A stretch of 64,000 nt of DNA from a virus (Duplodnaviria; Caudoviricetes), in IMG/VR virus record IMGVR_UViG_3300017720_000003, positions 13,451-77,450 of that record, one strand, 5' to 3'. Under the pieces are notes generated by a model. That model was given only the letters and a program-made list of their open reading frames with translations. It made no database searches and was not told the origin of the DNA. This document shows positions 49,964 to 60,347 of this stretch, piece after piece. The position numbers were made by a program, and so were the translations under genes. Position 1 is the first letter of the stretch, and each line of letters begins with the position of its first letter.

Positions 49964-51271
49964 TTACATTCTTTTAAAAATGTTTGTTGGTCTTGTTAAT
50001 TTTCTTTTAGAACTTTTCTTTTCTGCTTCTGCACTATTTACACCTAATGATGCTCCTCCTGCATTTGATTGTTCAGTTTTAAGCTTCCTTACAGTTTTTT
50101 CAACACTTTTTTGTGCACCTTTATCCATAATTTTTGCCTTATAACTTACCGGGTCTTGCAATAACCATAAAGCTTCAGATATAAGAGCATAATTTGGTTC
50201 AACAAATTGATACTTTTCTAATAAGTGACCTAATAAATTTGTATTACGTCCACTTACTGAAGGATAATTAGGTTGAACTAAACCATTATATAACATGGCT
50301 TGTGTTTTTCTATCAACTTTAATTTCACCTAACTTACCATCTTTTAATGTATCATATACATTTTTCATATATGCTTTTGATGCTTGTTCTTGTTGTTTCT
50401 TTTTTAACTCTTGTTCTTCAAGTTTTTGTGCAACAACTTTTTCTTGCATCTTATCTAATTTAGGTTTGAACTTATTTGCTTGTTGTTCAAGCTTACCTAA
50501 ATCTTTCCATATTTCAATTTCTTCTTGAATCTCTTCTTGAGTGCCATATCCTGTTGCACTCAAATATTGTGTAATAATTTGTTCTTGATCATTACTTTTT
50601 TTAACATCAAGACTTTTATTTTCTTCTACTTGTGATAATGTAGAAAATAATGCTTTAAGATCTTTACCTCCATCTGCAACATATTTTGCTGCTATTTGTA
50701 ATTCTTCTGGTAAAGACTGAAAAAATTGTTTAGGCGTTTCACGTCTTACTTGATTTGCTTTTTCTTCTAAATTAGCTTGAATAAGCTCCTCCCAATCTTT
50801 TGCAGTATATTCAGATAAATCTTTATCATCATCAAATGGTACAATTTTATCATCCTTTATTAATTTTGAAAAAACATCAGATATACCTGAAATAGGTTTT
50901 CTACCTTTTTTTGTTTTTGTTTCTTCATCATTTGATTCTTCTTCTGTTGCACCATCTAATGTATCTAATATATTATCTACATTTTCCTCAACCTTTTTTT
51001 CTTCAGAGACTTGTTTGTCATCTTCAGCTTTAGGTTCTTCAGAATTTTCTTTATCATCTACTTTAGCATTTAAATCATCTTTATCATCCTTATCTGGATC
51101 TGCAAATGACATATCTGCTTTCTCAGTTAAACCACTAAATATACTTTTTGGTTTATTTGAGTCTTGTGAAATAATATCATCTCCACTAGGTGCAGCATTG
51201 AATATTTCATCTAAATTAACGTCAACTTGTTCTACGTTACTTTTCACTGGTTCTGTTTGAGTTGTGCTCAT
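49964..51271 (-). CDS. Acidic scaffold-like capsid assembly protein (435 aa)
   Basis: D/E-rich N-terminus and coiled-coil, between portal and MCP as in crAss-like phages. Confidence 0.6.
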   Translation of the reverse strand: MSTTQTEPVKSNVEQVDVNLDEIFNAAPSGDDIISQDSNKPKSIFSGLTEKADMSFADPDKDDKDDLNAKVDDKENSEEPKAEDDKQVSEEKKVEENVDNILDTLDGATEEESNDEETKTKKGRKPISGISDVFSKLIKDDKIVPFDDDKDLSEYTAKDWEELIQANLEEKANQVRRETPKQFFQSLPEELQIAAKYVADGGKDLKALFSTLSQVEENKSLDVKKSNDQEQIITQYLSATGYGTQEEIQEEIEIWKDLGKLEQQANKFKPKLDKMQEKVVAQKLEEQELKKKQQEQASKAYMKNVYDTLKDGKLGEIKVDRKTQAMLYNGLVQPNYPSVSGRNTNLLGHLLEKYQFVEPNYALISEALWLLQDPVSYKAKIMDKGAQKSVEKTVRKLKTEQSNAGGASLGVNSAEAEKKSSKRKLTRPTNIFKRM

Positions 51272-51309
51272 AATTATGTTGGTTTTAATAATTAATATTC
51301 ATTACATAT

Positions 51310-51320
51310 ATAATATACGT
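51310..51320 (-). promoter_or_regulatory. Putative late promoter motif (GTATATTAT)
   Basis: Minus strand ACGTATATTAT upstream of the scaffold-like/MCP genes. Motif recurs in other intergenic gaps. Confidence 0.55.
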
Positions 51321-51391
51321 AAAGTTTATATTATAAACTTATAATATTTGTATAAAAATAAAAATAATCAGCAGTATATAGCTAACGCCAA

Positions 51392-54139
51392 TTATTTTTT
51401 ATCTGATTCTTTTGAATCATACTTATTTTTGTTTTCTTTAGCTATTTGAAGTTTGGTATTAGCTATTTCTTTTGAAGCATTAATTTTCTCTCTTTCTACT
51501 TCAAGTCTGCTATTTTCCATCATAGACTTTGAACTATTCTCTTCACGTTTCAAATTCATTTGTTCACGGTATTGAGTAGTTTCTCTAATATCTTTCATAG
51601 CATCTTGAAAATCAGACTGTTGATTCTGATTTATATCAGCCATTGAACCAAATCCTGCAGATCTTATCTCAGCAATAGTAACATCATTTTGTCTATCCTT
51701 AGCATTTTCATCAATTTCAACCTGAAGCTTTTGTTGTTCTTCTTGTGCTTTAGCTTGTAATTGTTGCTCTTGCATTTGACGTTGCTGTTGCATTTCTTGT
51801 TGACGCATTGTTTGTTGTCTAGTTTCAGAATCTTTTAGAATATCTGTTACTTCAGCAATTGAATCAGCTTTGACAATATTTCCAAGTTCATATATACTTG
51901 CTCCTGTAGTATTATTTGTAAGAGCCATTTGTTTAAGGTTTTCTAATATAGCTCTGTGATTAGTTTTAGTAGTTGCAAATACATTAAAATCTCTAAGTAA
52001 TAGTTCGGTACCATTGATAGAAAAATTAACCTTCTCTGCTTCTGTAGATATATAAGACAATCTAACGCTTGGGTTAGTACTATAGTAATATTGTGCTAAA
52101 TCAGTTCTCATTTGATGCACTCTTGGCATTAAGTGATCTGAATGCTGTACAAAATACATTTCTGTTTGAGCATATGATTGTTGCATAGCTTGTACAACCC
52201 CTGTAGCTGTTTGTGCTGATACAGCACCACCGAGACGTTGAGGATTAATACCAATAGCATCAAAACATTGTTGTTTAAAATAATTTGCAAGTTGAATCCT
52301 AGACATCAATCTATTAGTCTGCTCCATGTTTAGAGTTTGATAATGATTGAAGTTAGTTGCATTCTCAGTATTTGTAATTGATGTATCAAGAGGTAGCATT
52401 TGGAAATCTTTCATTGCTACGTATGCTTTTGCATAATTATTCTTGCCCCAGTCTTCTCCCATTGAGTGACGTGGTAAAGCATTTTGATCAAACATTATTA
52501 CTGTTCCTAATTCATCTATTAGAATGTCAGCAATTTGGTTGTTAACCATATTGTACCCAACTTGATAAGCTTTCATTAGATCAACTAATGATGTAGATCT
52601 AGTATTTCTATCAGAAAATACTCTACCTTCTACAGGTAGTTTGCAACCATAAAGTGTATTATTACCTTTAAATTGAAATGGCAATCTACCAGGTTTAGTT
52701 CTATTAATACCTATATAAATAGGATTAATGTTGTCACCCATAGTAGATCTCCACATAGCCGGTAAATTTGGACCAATTTTTACACCACCCCAAACTTCAT
52801 TTATCCATATCCATTCAATATGCTCACCTTCTAATAAATTTTCTTTACTCTTTTGTTTAAATATAGAACTATCATAAACACCCTTTTTAGTAATCTTAAA
52901 TGTTTCATCTACTATTTCTTGGGTTACTTCACCATCTGTTTCAATTTTAGTTAAATGACCTATTCTACGTTGTGTCTTCCAATATATAGTTGAAACACGC
53001 ATTAAGTTACCTTCACCCCACATAGATACATCTTCATTCTCATCTAGTATTTCACTAAGTATATCACCACCTCTTGCAGGATCATCCCAATAATTAGATG
53101 TAAATTGTCTATATGCTAAACCTGGCATTTGTGTATTCCATTCATGAGATCTAGTTGCATCATAATATGCCCCATCATTTTGGTATCCGTTAACTTGATA
53201 TTGTGCAGATCTAGCTGGATATATTTTTTGAAGAGATTTCAATTGTTTTTCATCCATTAAATATCCATATCTATCAACAACATCAGATACAGTCATTAAA
53301 TCTACTTTACCACAATAATTTGAATCTGCTATATATCTTTGATCTGGTGATTTTTGATAGAAAGTTAGTACAGGATTCCAAAGCTCAATATCATAGTCAT
53401 CTTCTAACATTCTAAAATGCCAAAATTCTCTATCTGAAATAAGCATATCTCTAAATCCTCTTTCCTCAAGTTCTTGCATTTTGAATCTTTCTTCATCCAC
53501 TGCAAGTTGATGTGATGCCCACTCTTCAACCATACTTCTATAAGACTTGCTAAAAAAGTCTTCTATCTCAGGTAATGATTTTAATCCTTCTGGAGATAGT
53601 TGTTGTTGTGCTTCTTCTGATGAAGGATCCATACCCATCTCAATCATCTTACGCACTAAATTAGCTTCTGCATCTGCTAATAATGCTTCTTCTACTTGTA
53701 TTCTTTTTTGTTCAAGCATCTCATTATAAGATGCGTCATCTACTGCTCTAAACTGTACTTTAGTATATCTTTTAGCAAATTCACCTGTTAATACATTTAT
53801 AACATTAGGAACAATAGGATAAAATTTTAATTCTAACGCTGAGTCATTCTCAGCTGTTAAAGTATCCATTAAATCTTTATACTCATTATCGGGCTCAACA
53901 ATATAATCTGTTTTATCAATTATACCTTTTGCAAGTTTATAATTTTTAAGAAGTCTTCTAGAATTTAGTCTTAAAAACTCAATACCTTGAAGTTCTAACC
54001 AATCTAAATTCCAAGCTGCCCAATCATCTGTCTTTTTAGAATATGGTAAAAATTGTACTGGTTGAGTTAGACTAGAAAACGTAGGTCCACTTTCTGCAGT
54101 GGCACCGTTTTTCATTTGCATGGCGTTTAATACTCTCAT
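51392..54139 (-). CDS. Portal protein (915 aa)
   Basis: Directly after TerL. FYPIVPNVINVLTGE, WINEVWGG and IGINPQRLG motifs and a Q-rich coiled-coil C-terminus. Confidence 0.88.
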   Translation of the reverse strand: MRVLNAMQMKNGATAESGPTFSSLTQPVQFLPYSKKTDDWAAWNLDWLELQGIEFLRLNSRRLLKNYKLAKGIIDKTDYIVEPDNEYKDLMDTLTAENDSALELKFYPIVPNVINVLTGEFAKRYTKVQFRAVDDASYNEMLEQKRIQVEEALLADAEANLVRKMIEMGMDPSSEEAQQQLSPEGLKSLPEIEDFFSKSYRSMVEEWASHQLAVDEERFKMQELEERGFRDMLISDREFWHFRMLEDDYDIELWNPVLTFYQKSPDQRYIADSNYCGKVDLMTVSDVVDRYGYLMDEKQLKSLQKIYPARSAQYQVNGYQNDGAYYDATRSHEWNTQMPGLAYRQFTSNYWDDPARGGDILSEILDENEDVSMWGEGNLMRVSTIYWKTQRRIGHLTKIETDGEVTQEIVDETFKITKKGVYDSSIFKQKSKENLLEGEHIEWIWINEVWGGVKIGPNLPAMWRSTMGDNINPIYIGINRTKPGRLPFQFKGNNTLYGCKLPVEGRVFSDRNTRSTSLVDLMKAYQVGYNMVNNQIADILIDELGTVIMFDQNALPRHSMGEDWGKNNYAKAYVAMKDFQMLPLDTSITNTENATNFNHYQTLNMEQTNRLMSRIQLANYFKQQCFDAIGINPQRLGGAVSAQTATGVVQAMQQSYAQTEMYFVQHSDHLMPRVHQMRTDLAQYYYSTNPSVRLSYISTEAEKVNFSINGTELLLRDFNVFATTKTNHRAILENLKQMALTNNTTGASIYELGNIVKADSIAEVTDILKDSETRQQTMRQQEMQQQRQMQEQQLQAKAQEEQQKLQVEIDENAKDRQNDVTIAEIRSAGFGSMADINQNQQSDFQDAMKDIRETTQYREQMNLKREENSSKSMMENSRLEVEREKINASKEIANTKLQIAKENKNKYDSKESDKK

Positions 54140-54150
54140 ATTGATTTACT

Positions 54151-56340
54151 CTATTTAATGTTTTTAAATCCGGATCTTTTTATTTTAGAACCACCCAAAC
54201 CTCTTTTACGCCCAATATTTTTAAACGGACTACTATACTTTAATTTACTTATTTTTTCTGGATTTACCAAGGAATTATCGTCTGATTCACGCCTTTTAGA
54301 ATATCCCCTATTAGATTGTTGTATTTTAGCAAAAGCAATTAATGCACCAAAGGTAACTAATCTATCTACGTTTAATCCAGGATAATAAGCTAGCATTTCT
54401 TTTATAAGCATTGGGTCTGGTATTCTTTCTACTCCTAATGTCTGTGACATAACTGATCCATGATCATCTGTTTCTTCATGAATGCTTTCTCTTAAAAACT
54501 CTATTGCATAAGATATTAAATGGCTTTTAAATAATGTTCCTGTATTTTTCCACCCATATTCTTGATATACCGTTCTATTAGATCCTAAGTCTTTTAAAAA
54601 TAGTATTTGTTGTTTAGGAACTAAATATCTTTGTTTTTTCCTAGCTATCATATGTTGAATAAATAAAGAAATATTATTCTCAACAATTGTCCATGCATTA
54701 TACCATTCTATTATAAGTTCTAATCTTTCATGTGTTTTGTTAATATCATCAAATCTACCACACCATGCTGCTACTATCTTATCTTTCTCAATAAATTGTT
54801 CAACATCCCCAGCACCTATATCTCTAGTTACTTCTGTAGCATTTTTATAAATATATATACTACACAATGAATCTGATGTAGTTGTTTTACCTTCTGACAC
54901 AGGGTCAATAGAACCATAGTATGCTCCAAAACCAGGATTTTCAATTGGTCTTTCCCAAACTACAATACTTCCAGTTTTATCTTGTTGTTTTTTATTTACT
55001 GGAAATTCACTTATTGGTAATTTATTTGTACGTTTAGCAGTAATGCCTGTTTGATCTCTATCAAGTTCAATAAGTTCATAAGGATATTCTTTTTCTTCAA
55101 TCTTTTTTAATTGCTTACTTAATATACCTTGTGGAAATACAGACTCTTTTCTATACGCAAATGCTTCAGCAATGTTAAGTGGTTTTTGAGATATTCTTAA
55201 TTGATATTGTTCACCACTTAATTCATTTTTCCATCTTGCTCTTTCATTTTTAATAGCTACAATTGCTTCATCTATTTCTGAGTTGCCAAATTTATCTATA
55301 TAAGGAGGCATAGACCATTGTTCTGGTATAAACAGCCCTGCCATGCCTATTGTACCATCAGCATCCATTAAATTAGTTTCTACTGCATATATATCATTAG
55401 CAGTTGGATTTAGTATCATATCCTTTAAAGGATTACATTGTTCTAAATCACCTACAGAACCAGCAGCAATAAATTGACCAGTTGTCATCATACCAGAAGA
55501 CATAGCAGGACGTAAATATTCATATGTCTGCATCATGTTTTTAGCAATACCAGCTTCCTCATGAAAGAAATAAGTACAAGGACCCCCAACACCTGTAGTA
55601 GCATTCTTTTCAAAAGAAGCACCTTGTATCTTTGATTTAAGACCTCTTGATGTTTTTCTATTATTTATTTTTACTTCAATCTGTTGTTGCCAAAGTAAAA
55701 CCTTCTCAGGATTGCTTGGTCTATACCATGCAGTATGTTCATTTAAAAATGTTTTATATTCTTCTAAAAACTTCCAAGATCCTTTATCATTTATATAATC
55801 TTTAAGTGATGCACCAATCTTACATATAGATCCTTCTTCAAACCAATATTGATTAATGATTTTCCCCATATGAAAATATGAAGATGCTATCTGTCTTTTT
55901 TTAAGAATGGCAGCATGTTGATTATTTAACTCTGCAATAATCTCATATAATGCCATATGGTATTGTGCATCTCTTACTTTTGCAAATCCATATTTTTTTT
56001 CTTCTTTATCAAATATTGGTAAGAAATTAAGCCACATGTAATAATCTCTAGTAAGATACCATTGTTTATTACCGCTTTTAAATATAACTCCCGTTCTACA
56101 TTTGTTTTTTTGATCTTCCCAATAAGCAGTAAAATCTTTTGATCTAAAAGGTTTATTACAATAGTTCCCTTCTGAATTAAATCTTTTTGCTTCTTCATTA
56201 AATAGCCATGCTATGTTGTCAAAATCATAATTACCAGGTTCTTTAAAAATAGATTCTAAAAATTCTCTGAAATGATTATCTGACTCAAACTCTCTAGTTG
56301 ACCATTTATGATTTTCAAATATGGGTATAATCCTACTCAT
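54151..56340 (-). CDS. terL: Terminase large subunit (729 aa)
   Basis: Walker A-like KKRQIASSY, Walker B FFHEEAG, RNase H-like nuclease GSIDPV...VENN...VDR. Confidence 0.92.
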   Translation of the reverse strand: MSRIIPIFENHKWSTREFESDNHFREFLESIFKEPGNYDFDNIAWLFNEEAKRFNSEGNYCNKPFRSKDFTAYWEDQKNKCRTGVIFKSGNKQWYLTRDYYMWLNFLPIFDKEEKKYGFAKVRDAQYHMALYEIIAELNNQHAAILKKRQIASSYFHMGKIINQYWFEEGSICKIGASLKDYINDKGSWKFLEEYKTFLNEHTAWYRPSNPEKVLLWQQQIEVKINNRKTSRGLKSKIQGASFEKNATTGVGGPCTYFFHEEAGIAKNMMQTYEYLRPAMSSGMMTTGQFIAAGSVGDLEQCNPLKDMILNPTANDIYAVETNLMDADGTIGMAGLFIPEQWSMPPYIDKFGNSEIDEAIVAIKNERARWKNELSGEQYQLRISQKPLNIAEAFAYRKESVFPQGILSKQLKKIEEKEYPYELIELDRDQTGITAKRTNKLPISEFPVNKKQQDKTGSIVVWERPIENPGFGAYYGSIDPVSEGKTTTSDSLCSIYIYKNATEVTRDIGAGDVEQFIEKDKIVAAWCGRFDDINKTHERLELIIEWYNAWTIVENNISLFIQHMIARKKQRYLVPKQQILFLKDLGSNRTVYQEYGWKNTGTLFKSHLISYAIEFLRESIHEETDDHGSVMSQTLGVERIPDPMLIKEMLAYYPGLNVDRLVTFGALIAFAKIQQSNRGYSKRRESDDNSLVNPEKISKLKYSSPFKNIGRKRGLGGSKIKRSGFKNIK

Positions 56341-56608
56341 CTCTTATGATGGCATATACGTCCCCTACTTGCAATAATAGGTGTTCTTGCCCATCATGTT
56401 TCATTGGAGTTGGCATAGCATGTTCAGCATATTGCACCACATCTCCAATTTTTATTTCTTTTACAGAATCACCTATTCCAACAACTCTACCTCTATAAGT
56501 TATTTTTTGTGCTATTTCTGGAATAATAAGTCCTGATGCAGTTTTAGTTTCTGCCTTTATTTCTTTGATTAATAATTTTTGTCCTACTGGAATAATTTTT
56601 TCTGCCAT
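56333..56608 (-). CDS. groES: Co-chaperonin GroES (Cpn10) homolog
   Basis: IIPVGQKLLI, mobile loop KTASGLIIP, GRVVGIG, IKIGDVV and DVYAII. Confidence 0.92.
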   Translation of the reverse strand: MAEKIIPVGQKLLIKEIKAETKTASGLIIPEIAQKITYRGRVVGIGDSVKEIKIGDVVQYAEHAMPTPMKHDGQEHLLLQVGDVYAIIRDE

Positions 56609-56619
56609 AATTGTTGATT

Positions 56620-57138
56620 TTATAATTGGTCATAAGCTAAACCTGCACCACCACGCACAGAGCTGTCTTGTTCTTGTCTCATATCTGTAAATGCCCCTTT
56701 ATATGATTGTCTAATTGATTCAAATTTTGCAGCAGCATTTACCATTGAATTTATATTTCCATCTCTACCATGTTCAATAGCTGTTACTTCCATATATTTT
56801 GCTAATCTATCTAACATAGACTTAATACCTACATATGCTCTATAAGTTGGTGTCTGATATAATTTTTCACACATTGCCTTAGCATATCTAATTGGAGGAT
56901 CTTCAGTTGATTCTTCAAGCTCAATCTCTTCAATAATAATATCTTCCTTTTCATGTTCAGGTAAATTAAAAAAAGGATTTAAATCTGGATTAGGACATGT
57001 CATATAAAATAAATATTTATAGATGGGCATATAAGTGTCTGGATATTCTTCCATAATTTTTTTAAGAAAAGGTAATGCATGACAATGTTCTGTTATTACT
57101 AAGTTACTATTTTCTATATCAAATAATCTTACTATCAT
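56620..57138 (-). CDS. Hypothetical protein (172 aa), candidate terminase small subunit
   Basis: Helical protein just upstream of groES/terL. TerS call is positional only. Confidence 0.4.
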   Translation of the reverse strand: MIVRLFDIENSNLVITEHCHALPFLKKIMEEYPDTYMPIYKYLFYMTCPNPDLNPFFNLPEHEKEDIIIEEIELEESTEDPPIRYAKAMCEKLYQTPTYRAYVGIKSMLDRLAKYMEVTAIEHGRDGNINSMVNAAAKFESIRQSYKGAFTDMRQEQDSSVRGGAGLAYDQL

Positions 57139-57950
57139 GATTTGTTATCTTTTATCCACATCATCAAAGACATTACTTCATCTTTTAAATATGGTAGTTC
57201 ATAAATTTTAATTGTATCTAATACAGGTTCACCATTGACATGTTCATTAATTGGATAACCAAATTTATCTTCTCCAACTTGTTTAAACTTAACATGTTGA
57301 ATTGTCATTTTACCAATTTTGAGTTTAGGGTTATGCTTTTTAATAATATACATATATATACTTAATTGTAAATTATAATGATTAAGATTACAATCATCTA
57401 AATGACTTATTGGATTATACATTTTGTTTGTTATACCTTCCCAATTTGTAAAACCTTTTTCTTTTATTTCTTTATTTGTTTTATAATCATTTATATTTAT
57501 CACTCCATCTACTACTTCTACAACATCTGCTTGACCACATAAACCAACAGACTTTAAATAAACCAAATGTTCAGGGTATAATCCATTTTCTAGTTTTTGA
57601 TTTGGAGAAACTTTAATACCATTATCATCTATTATTGGTTTAATAATAGGTACTTCTATACCATTGCGTTCAATAGTCTTGAAGTCAAGCATATCTGCTT
57701 CTCTTTGATTATGATAAAAATTACCTAATGTAATAGCTCTTTCAGTTTCACCATCCCATGCTGCAATAATTTCTTTAGGTGTCATACCATACCACTTAGA
57801 CCTTTTATTCTTTGATGATTTCTTAGCTTGACCATCTCTATCAAATTTAGGTTTAAATTTACCTATAAAAGTTGTTACTCCAGTCCATTGAATATTGTCA
57901 CCATCTATACTTTCATATACATGACCTTCTTCTTGAAATTTTATTGCCAT
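57135..57950 (-). CDS. PD-(D/E)XK nuclease (271 aa)
   Basis: E-H...GLCGQAD...INDYKTN...YNLQLSIY motifs of RecB/Cas4-like exonucleases. Confidence 0.85.
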   Translation of the reverse strand: MAIKFQEEGHVYESIDGDNIQWTGVTTFIGKFKPKFDRDGQAKKSSKNKRSKWYGMTPKEIIAAWDGETERAITLGNFYHNQREADMLDFKTIERNGIEVPIIKPIIDDNGIKVSPNQKLENGLYPEHLVYLKSVGLCGQADVVEVVDGVININDYKTNKEIKEKGFTNWEGITNKMYNPISHLDDCNLNHYNLQLSIYMYIIKKHNPKLKIGKMTIQHVKFKQVGEDKFGYPINEHVNGEPVLDTIKIYELPYLKDEVMSLMMWIKDNKS

Positions 57951-57954
57951 AATA

Positions 57955-58044
57955 TTATACTATTGTAGTATACCACAATTGATTCTCTTGATTAGTGTAT
58001 ACTGTTGTTACTTCATTGTTTATGTAATAATTAATCTGTACCAT
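57955..58044 (-). CDS. Possible 29-aa microprotein
   Basis: MVQINYYINNEVTTVYTNQENQLWYTTIV*, translated by hand, fills the gap between neighbours. Confidence 0.35.
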   Translation of the reverse strand: MVQINYYINNEVTTVYTNQENQLWYTTIV

Positions 58045-58363
58045 TGTTTTCTATTTGATTATTAATTAATTCTTCTTGTTCTTCTGATGTCACTGCATCC
58101 CAAAAACCTTTAGGACATTCAGATGCTAATGATCTCACTTTAAATCCTAAACTACAACCGCAATCTGAACAACATGGTTGTGTTCCTGGAGCAACACAAT
58201 CATTACCTTGTGCATCAAAGAGTGAACATTTTATACATATTTGATATCTAGCTGTAGCTATAGCCTCAACATGTTCTTTTTTAAAAAGTGAGTTAGCAAT
58301 GCCATCAGCAATTTTATCAGCATTTTTAAATATATCTAAATATTTTTTCCACTTACTTTTCAT
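58031..58363 (-). CDS. Cys-rich Zn-binding protein (110 aa)
   Basis: ICIKC...CCSDCGC...ECPKGFW. Confidence 0.7.
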   Translation of the reverse strand: MKSKWKKYLDIFKNADKIADGIANSLFKKEHVEAIATARYQICIKCSLFDAQGNDCVAPGTQPCCSDCGCSLGFKVRSLASECPKGFWDAVTSEEQEELINNQIENNGTD

Positions 58364-58709
58364 TCTTAAATTTCTTTTTATTTAATATATCTTTTTCCAT
58401 TTGTTGTAGTGCTGATTCCATTTGTTCAACATTTTTATTAATTTCTTCACTTTTTGCAAATCCTACATAAGTTCTTTTAGCTAAATTACCTAAAATACTT
58501 TTATTCTTTTTAATTGCTTTTTCAAGTTTGTTTTTTCTTAAATAAAAAGTTCCTAAACCATCTACTTGTATTCTTGGGTAATTTAAATTAGATAATTTCT
58601 TTCTAAGCTTAGCATAATAAAAAGTTATAAATTCATCTACAACTGTATTATGTACACCAACTTCATCTGCAATACCTTTTTTAATATCTTTATGGCTCTT
58701 TGGATTCAC
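58353..58709 (-). CDS. HU/IHF-like basic protein (118 aa)
   Basis: IADEVGV...VDEFI...RIQVDGLGTFYL resembles the HU/IHF N-terminal fold. Confidence 0.6.
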   Translation of the reverse strand: MNPKSHKDIKKGIADEVGVHNTVVDEFITFYYAKLRKKLSNLNYPRIQVDGLGTFYLRKNKLEKAIKKNKSILGNLAKRTYVGFAKSEEINKNVEQMESALQQMEKDILNKKKFKNEK

Positions 58710-59061
58710 TACCTAATATTTTATAATCAAGCAAAACCAACCCTTCTGTTTGAACACTAATATTCTTTTGAAGAGCTATTGTTTTTTTATTATTACCTTT
58801 TTTAATTAATAAACTTTTTCTTTCAGCTTTTGTAATTGCATTTCTAGCAGATTGAGGACTTTTAAAAACACCATCTTGTACAAGTTTCAAACAAAATTTA
58901 GTTAACTCTATATCTTTATTTTTTGATAGTTCTGCTAAAAATTTTAGATCTGAATTACTAATAAGTATATTATTAAAAAAACAATATGTCATAATTTGAT
59001 ATTGAATACTTATATCCATATCAACTTTCATTTTTAAATCAACTTTATTAACTAATGCCAT
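58690..59061 (-). CDS. Hypothetical protein, possible winged-helix (123 aa)
   Basis: SPQSARNAITKAERKSLLIK resembles a wHTH recognition helix and wing. Weak. Confidence 0.45.
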   Translation of the reverse strand: MALVNKVDLKMKVDMDISIQYQIMTYCFFNNILISNSDLKFLAELSKNKDIELTKFCLKLVQDGVFKSPQSARNAITKAERKSLLIKKGNNKKTIALQKNISVQTEGLVLLDYKILGSESKEP

Positions 59062-59062
59062 A

Positions 59063-59983
59063 TCATAAACTTAATATCATATCAACTAAATCAGGATGAG
59101 GATAACAATCAGTTTTATCTTTCCTAACATTTGTATGTGTTAATAATCCTTTTACATTACCTAAATATGCATCTTTTTGAAATCCAAATCCTTTAGTAGG
59201 TCCATGCTTTTGTATAAATTGTTTTAATCCTAATCTAATGTCAATTTGATCTCTTTCACCTATATACCTTATCCATTTCTCTGTTGCTTTTATTTGGGCT
59301 TCTGAGTAACTATGAAACTTATTATGTCCATTAAATGGTTCATTTAATAAAGTAACTTGATTTTCTTGACATAGTGAATTTACATATGTTCTATTATCAT
59401 GAGTTAAATACCCCATAGAACAAATCTCTATACCAACTGAATGACGGTTCATCCAACCTGATCCTGTTTTACCTAAATGCCAACCTTGTGCACCTGTAGG
59501 AAAAGCTTGAACTAAAGTACCATCATGTTCATTATTTCCATTTCTATGATCAATACCACCTAATACAAATTCAGTTGCTATACGCCCACGTGAATCTCTA
59601 CCCCACATATCTATACATGCATGAGGATTAGCATGACCAGCAGTATGGTGTAAAAAAATATATTCATTGACTATAGGTCCATTAATATATTCTCCTTTAG
59701 GTAAATAATGTTTATGTATTGTTTGATCAAAATTTGTTTTATAATACTGACCTTGTAAGTCAGTATCTTCATCAATTTCTTCCGGTCTAGTCAATTGTAA
59801 ATTCATTAACAATGACCACATATCATTATCTACTATACCTGTAACAGGTAAATTATGTGTAAGTTGAAATCTATCTACATGTTTTTCAGTATTAGGGCCA
59901 AAGATACCATCAGCTTTTATCCCTAATTTGTTTTGAAGTACAACTACGTTAGGACCAGATGATCCTACTTTTAACATCTTCAT
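59063..59983 (-). CDS. Endolysin: N-acetylmuramoyl-L-alanine amidase with N-terminal peptidoglycan-binding domain
   Basis: LKVGSSG...LQNKL...DGIFGPNTE...FQ...TGIVD (PG_binding_1). IFLHHTAG...SVGIEIC...LTH...KTDC (Amidase_2 Zn ligands). Confidence 0.9.
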   Translation of the reverse strand: MKMLKVGSSGPNVVVLQNKLGIKADGIFGPNTEKHVDRFQLTHNLPVTGIVDNDMWSLLMNLQLTRPEEIDEDTDLQGQYYKTNFDQTIHKHYLPKGEYINGPIVNEYIFLHHTAGHANPHACIDMWGRDSRGRIATEFVLGGIDHRNGNNEHDGTLVQAFPTGAQGWHLGKTGSGWMNRHSVGIEICSMGYLTHDNRTYVNSLCQENQVTLLNEPFNGHNKFHSYSEAQIKATEKWIRYIGERDQIDIRLGLKQFIQKHGPTKGFGFQKDAYLGNVKGLLTHTNVRKDKTDCYPHPDLVDMILSL

Positions 59984-59984
59984 A

Positions 59985-60284
59985 CTATGAAGGGTTCATT
60001 GCATTATCCATAGCAGCTTTAAATTCATCTGCTTCAGGAGTTGATGGTTGACCTCCTTCTTTTTGTGCAGCATATTGTTGTGCCATGTACATTTGAGCTT
60101 GCATACGTTCTGCTCTAGCTTTTTCAATTGCAGATAAAAGCATTTCATAATCAGCTTGTACTTCTAAATGTGGAATGTTGTCTTTGTAGAATGCAGTTAT
60201 TTCTTCTCTACGTTCTGCAAGTTGTTCTTTAGTTAGCTGTGGATCTTTTTCAGATAACTCAGGATTGGTTTTTGTATTTTCCAT
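59985..60284 (-). CDS. Hypothetical coiled-coil protein (99 aa)
   Basis: Intact ORF, tightly packed in the operon. Confidence 0.6.
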   Translation of the reverse strand: MENTKTNPELSEKDPQLTKEQLAERREEITAFYKDNIPHLEVQADYEMLLSAIEKARAERMQAQMYMAQQYAAQKEGGQPSTPEADEFKAAMDNAMNPS

Positions 60285-60347
60285 TTTTATAAATTTAAGT
60301 TAATAATAACAAATATATATAAAAAATGTTTAAATTAAAAAAGTTTA

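Noticed and set aside
48266..56340. Introns or inteins in MCP, portal or terminase
   Set aside because: ORFs are uninterrupted and of normal size, with no intein or homing endonuclease motifs seen.
57135..57950. Cas4 / CRISPR system
   Set aside because: Stand-alone PD-(D/E)XK nuclease without the four-Cys Fe-S arrangement. No repeat-spacer array or other cas genes seen.
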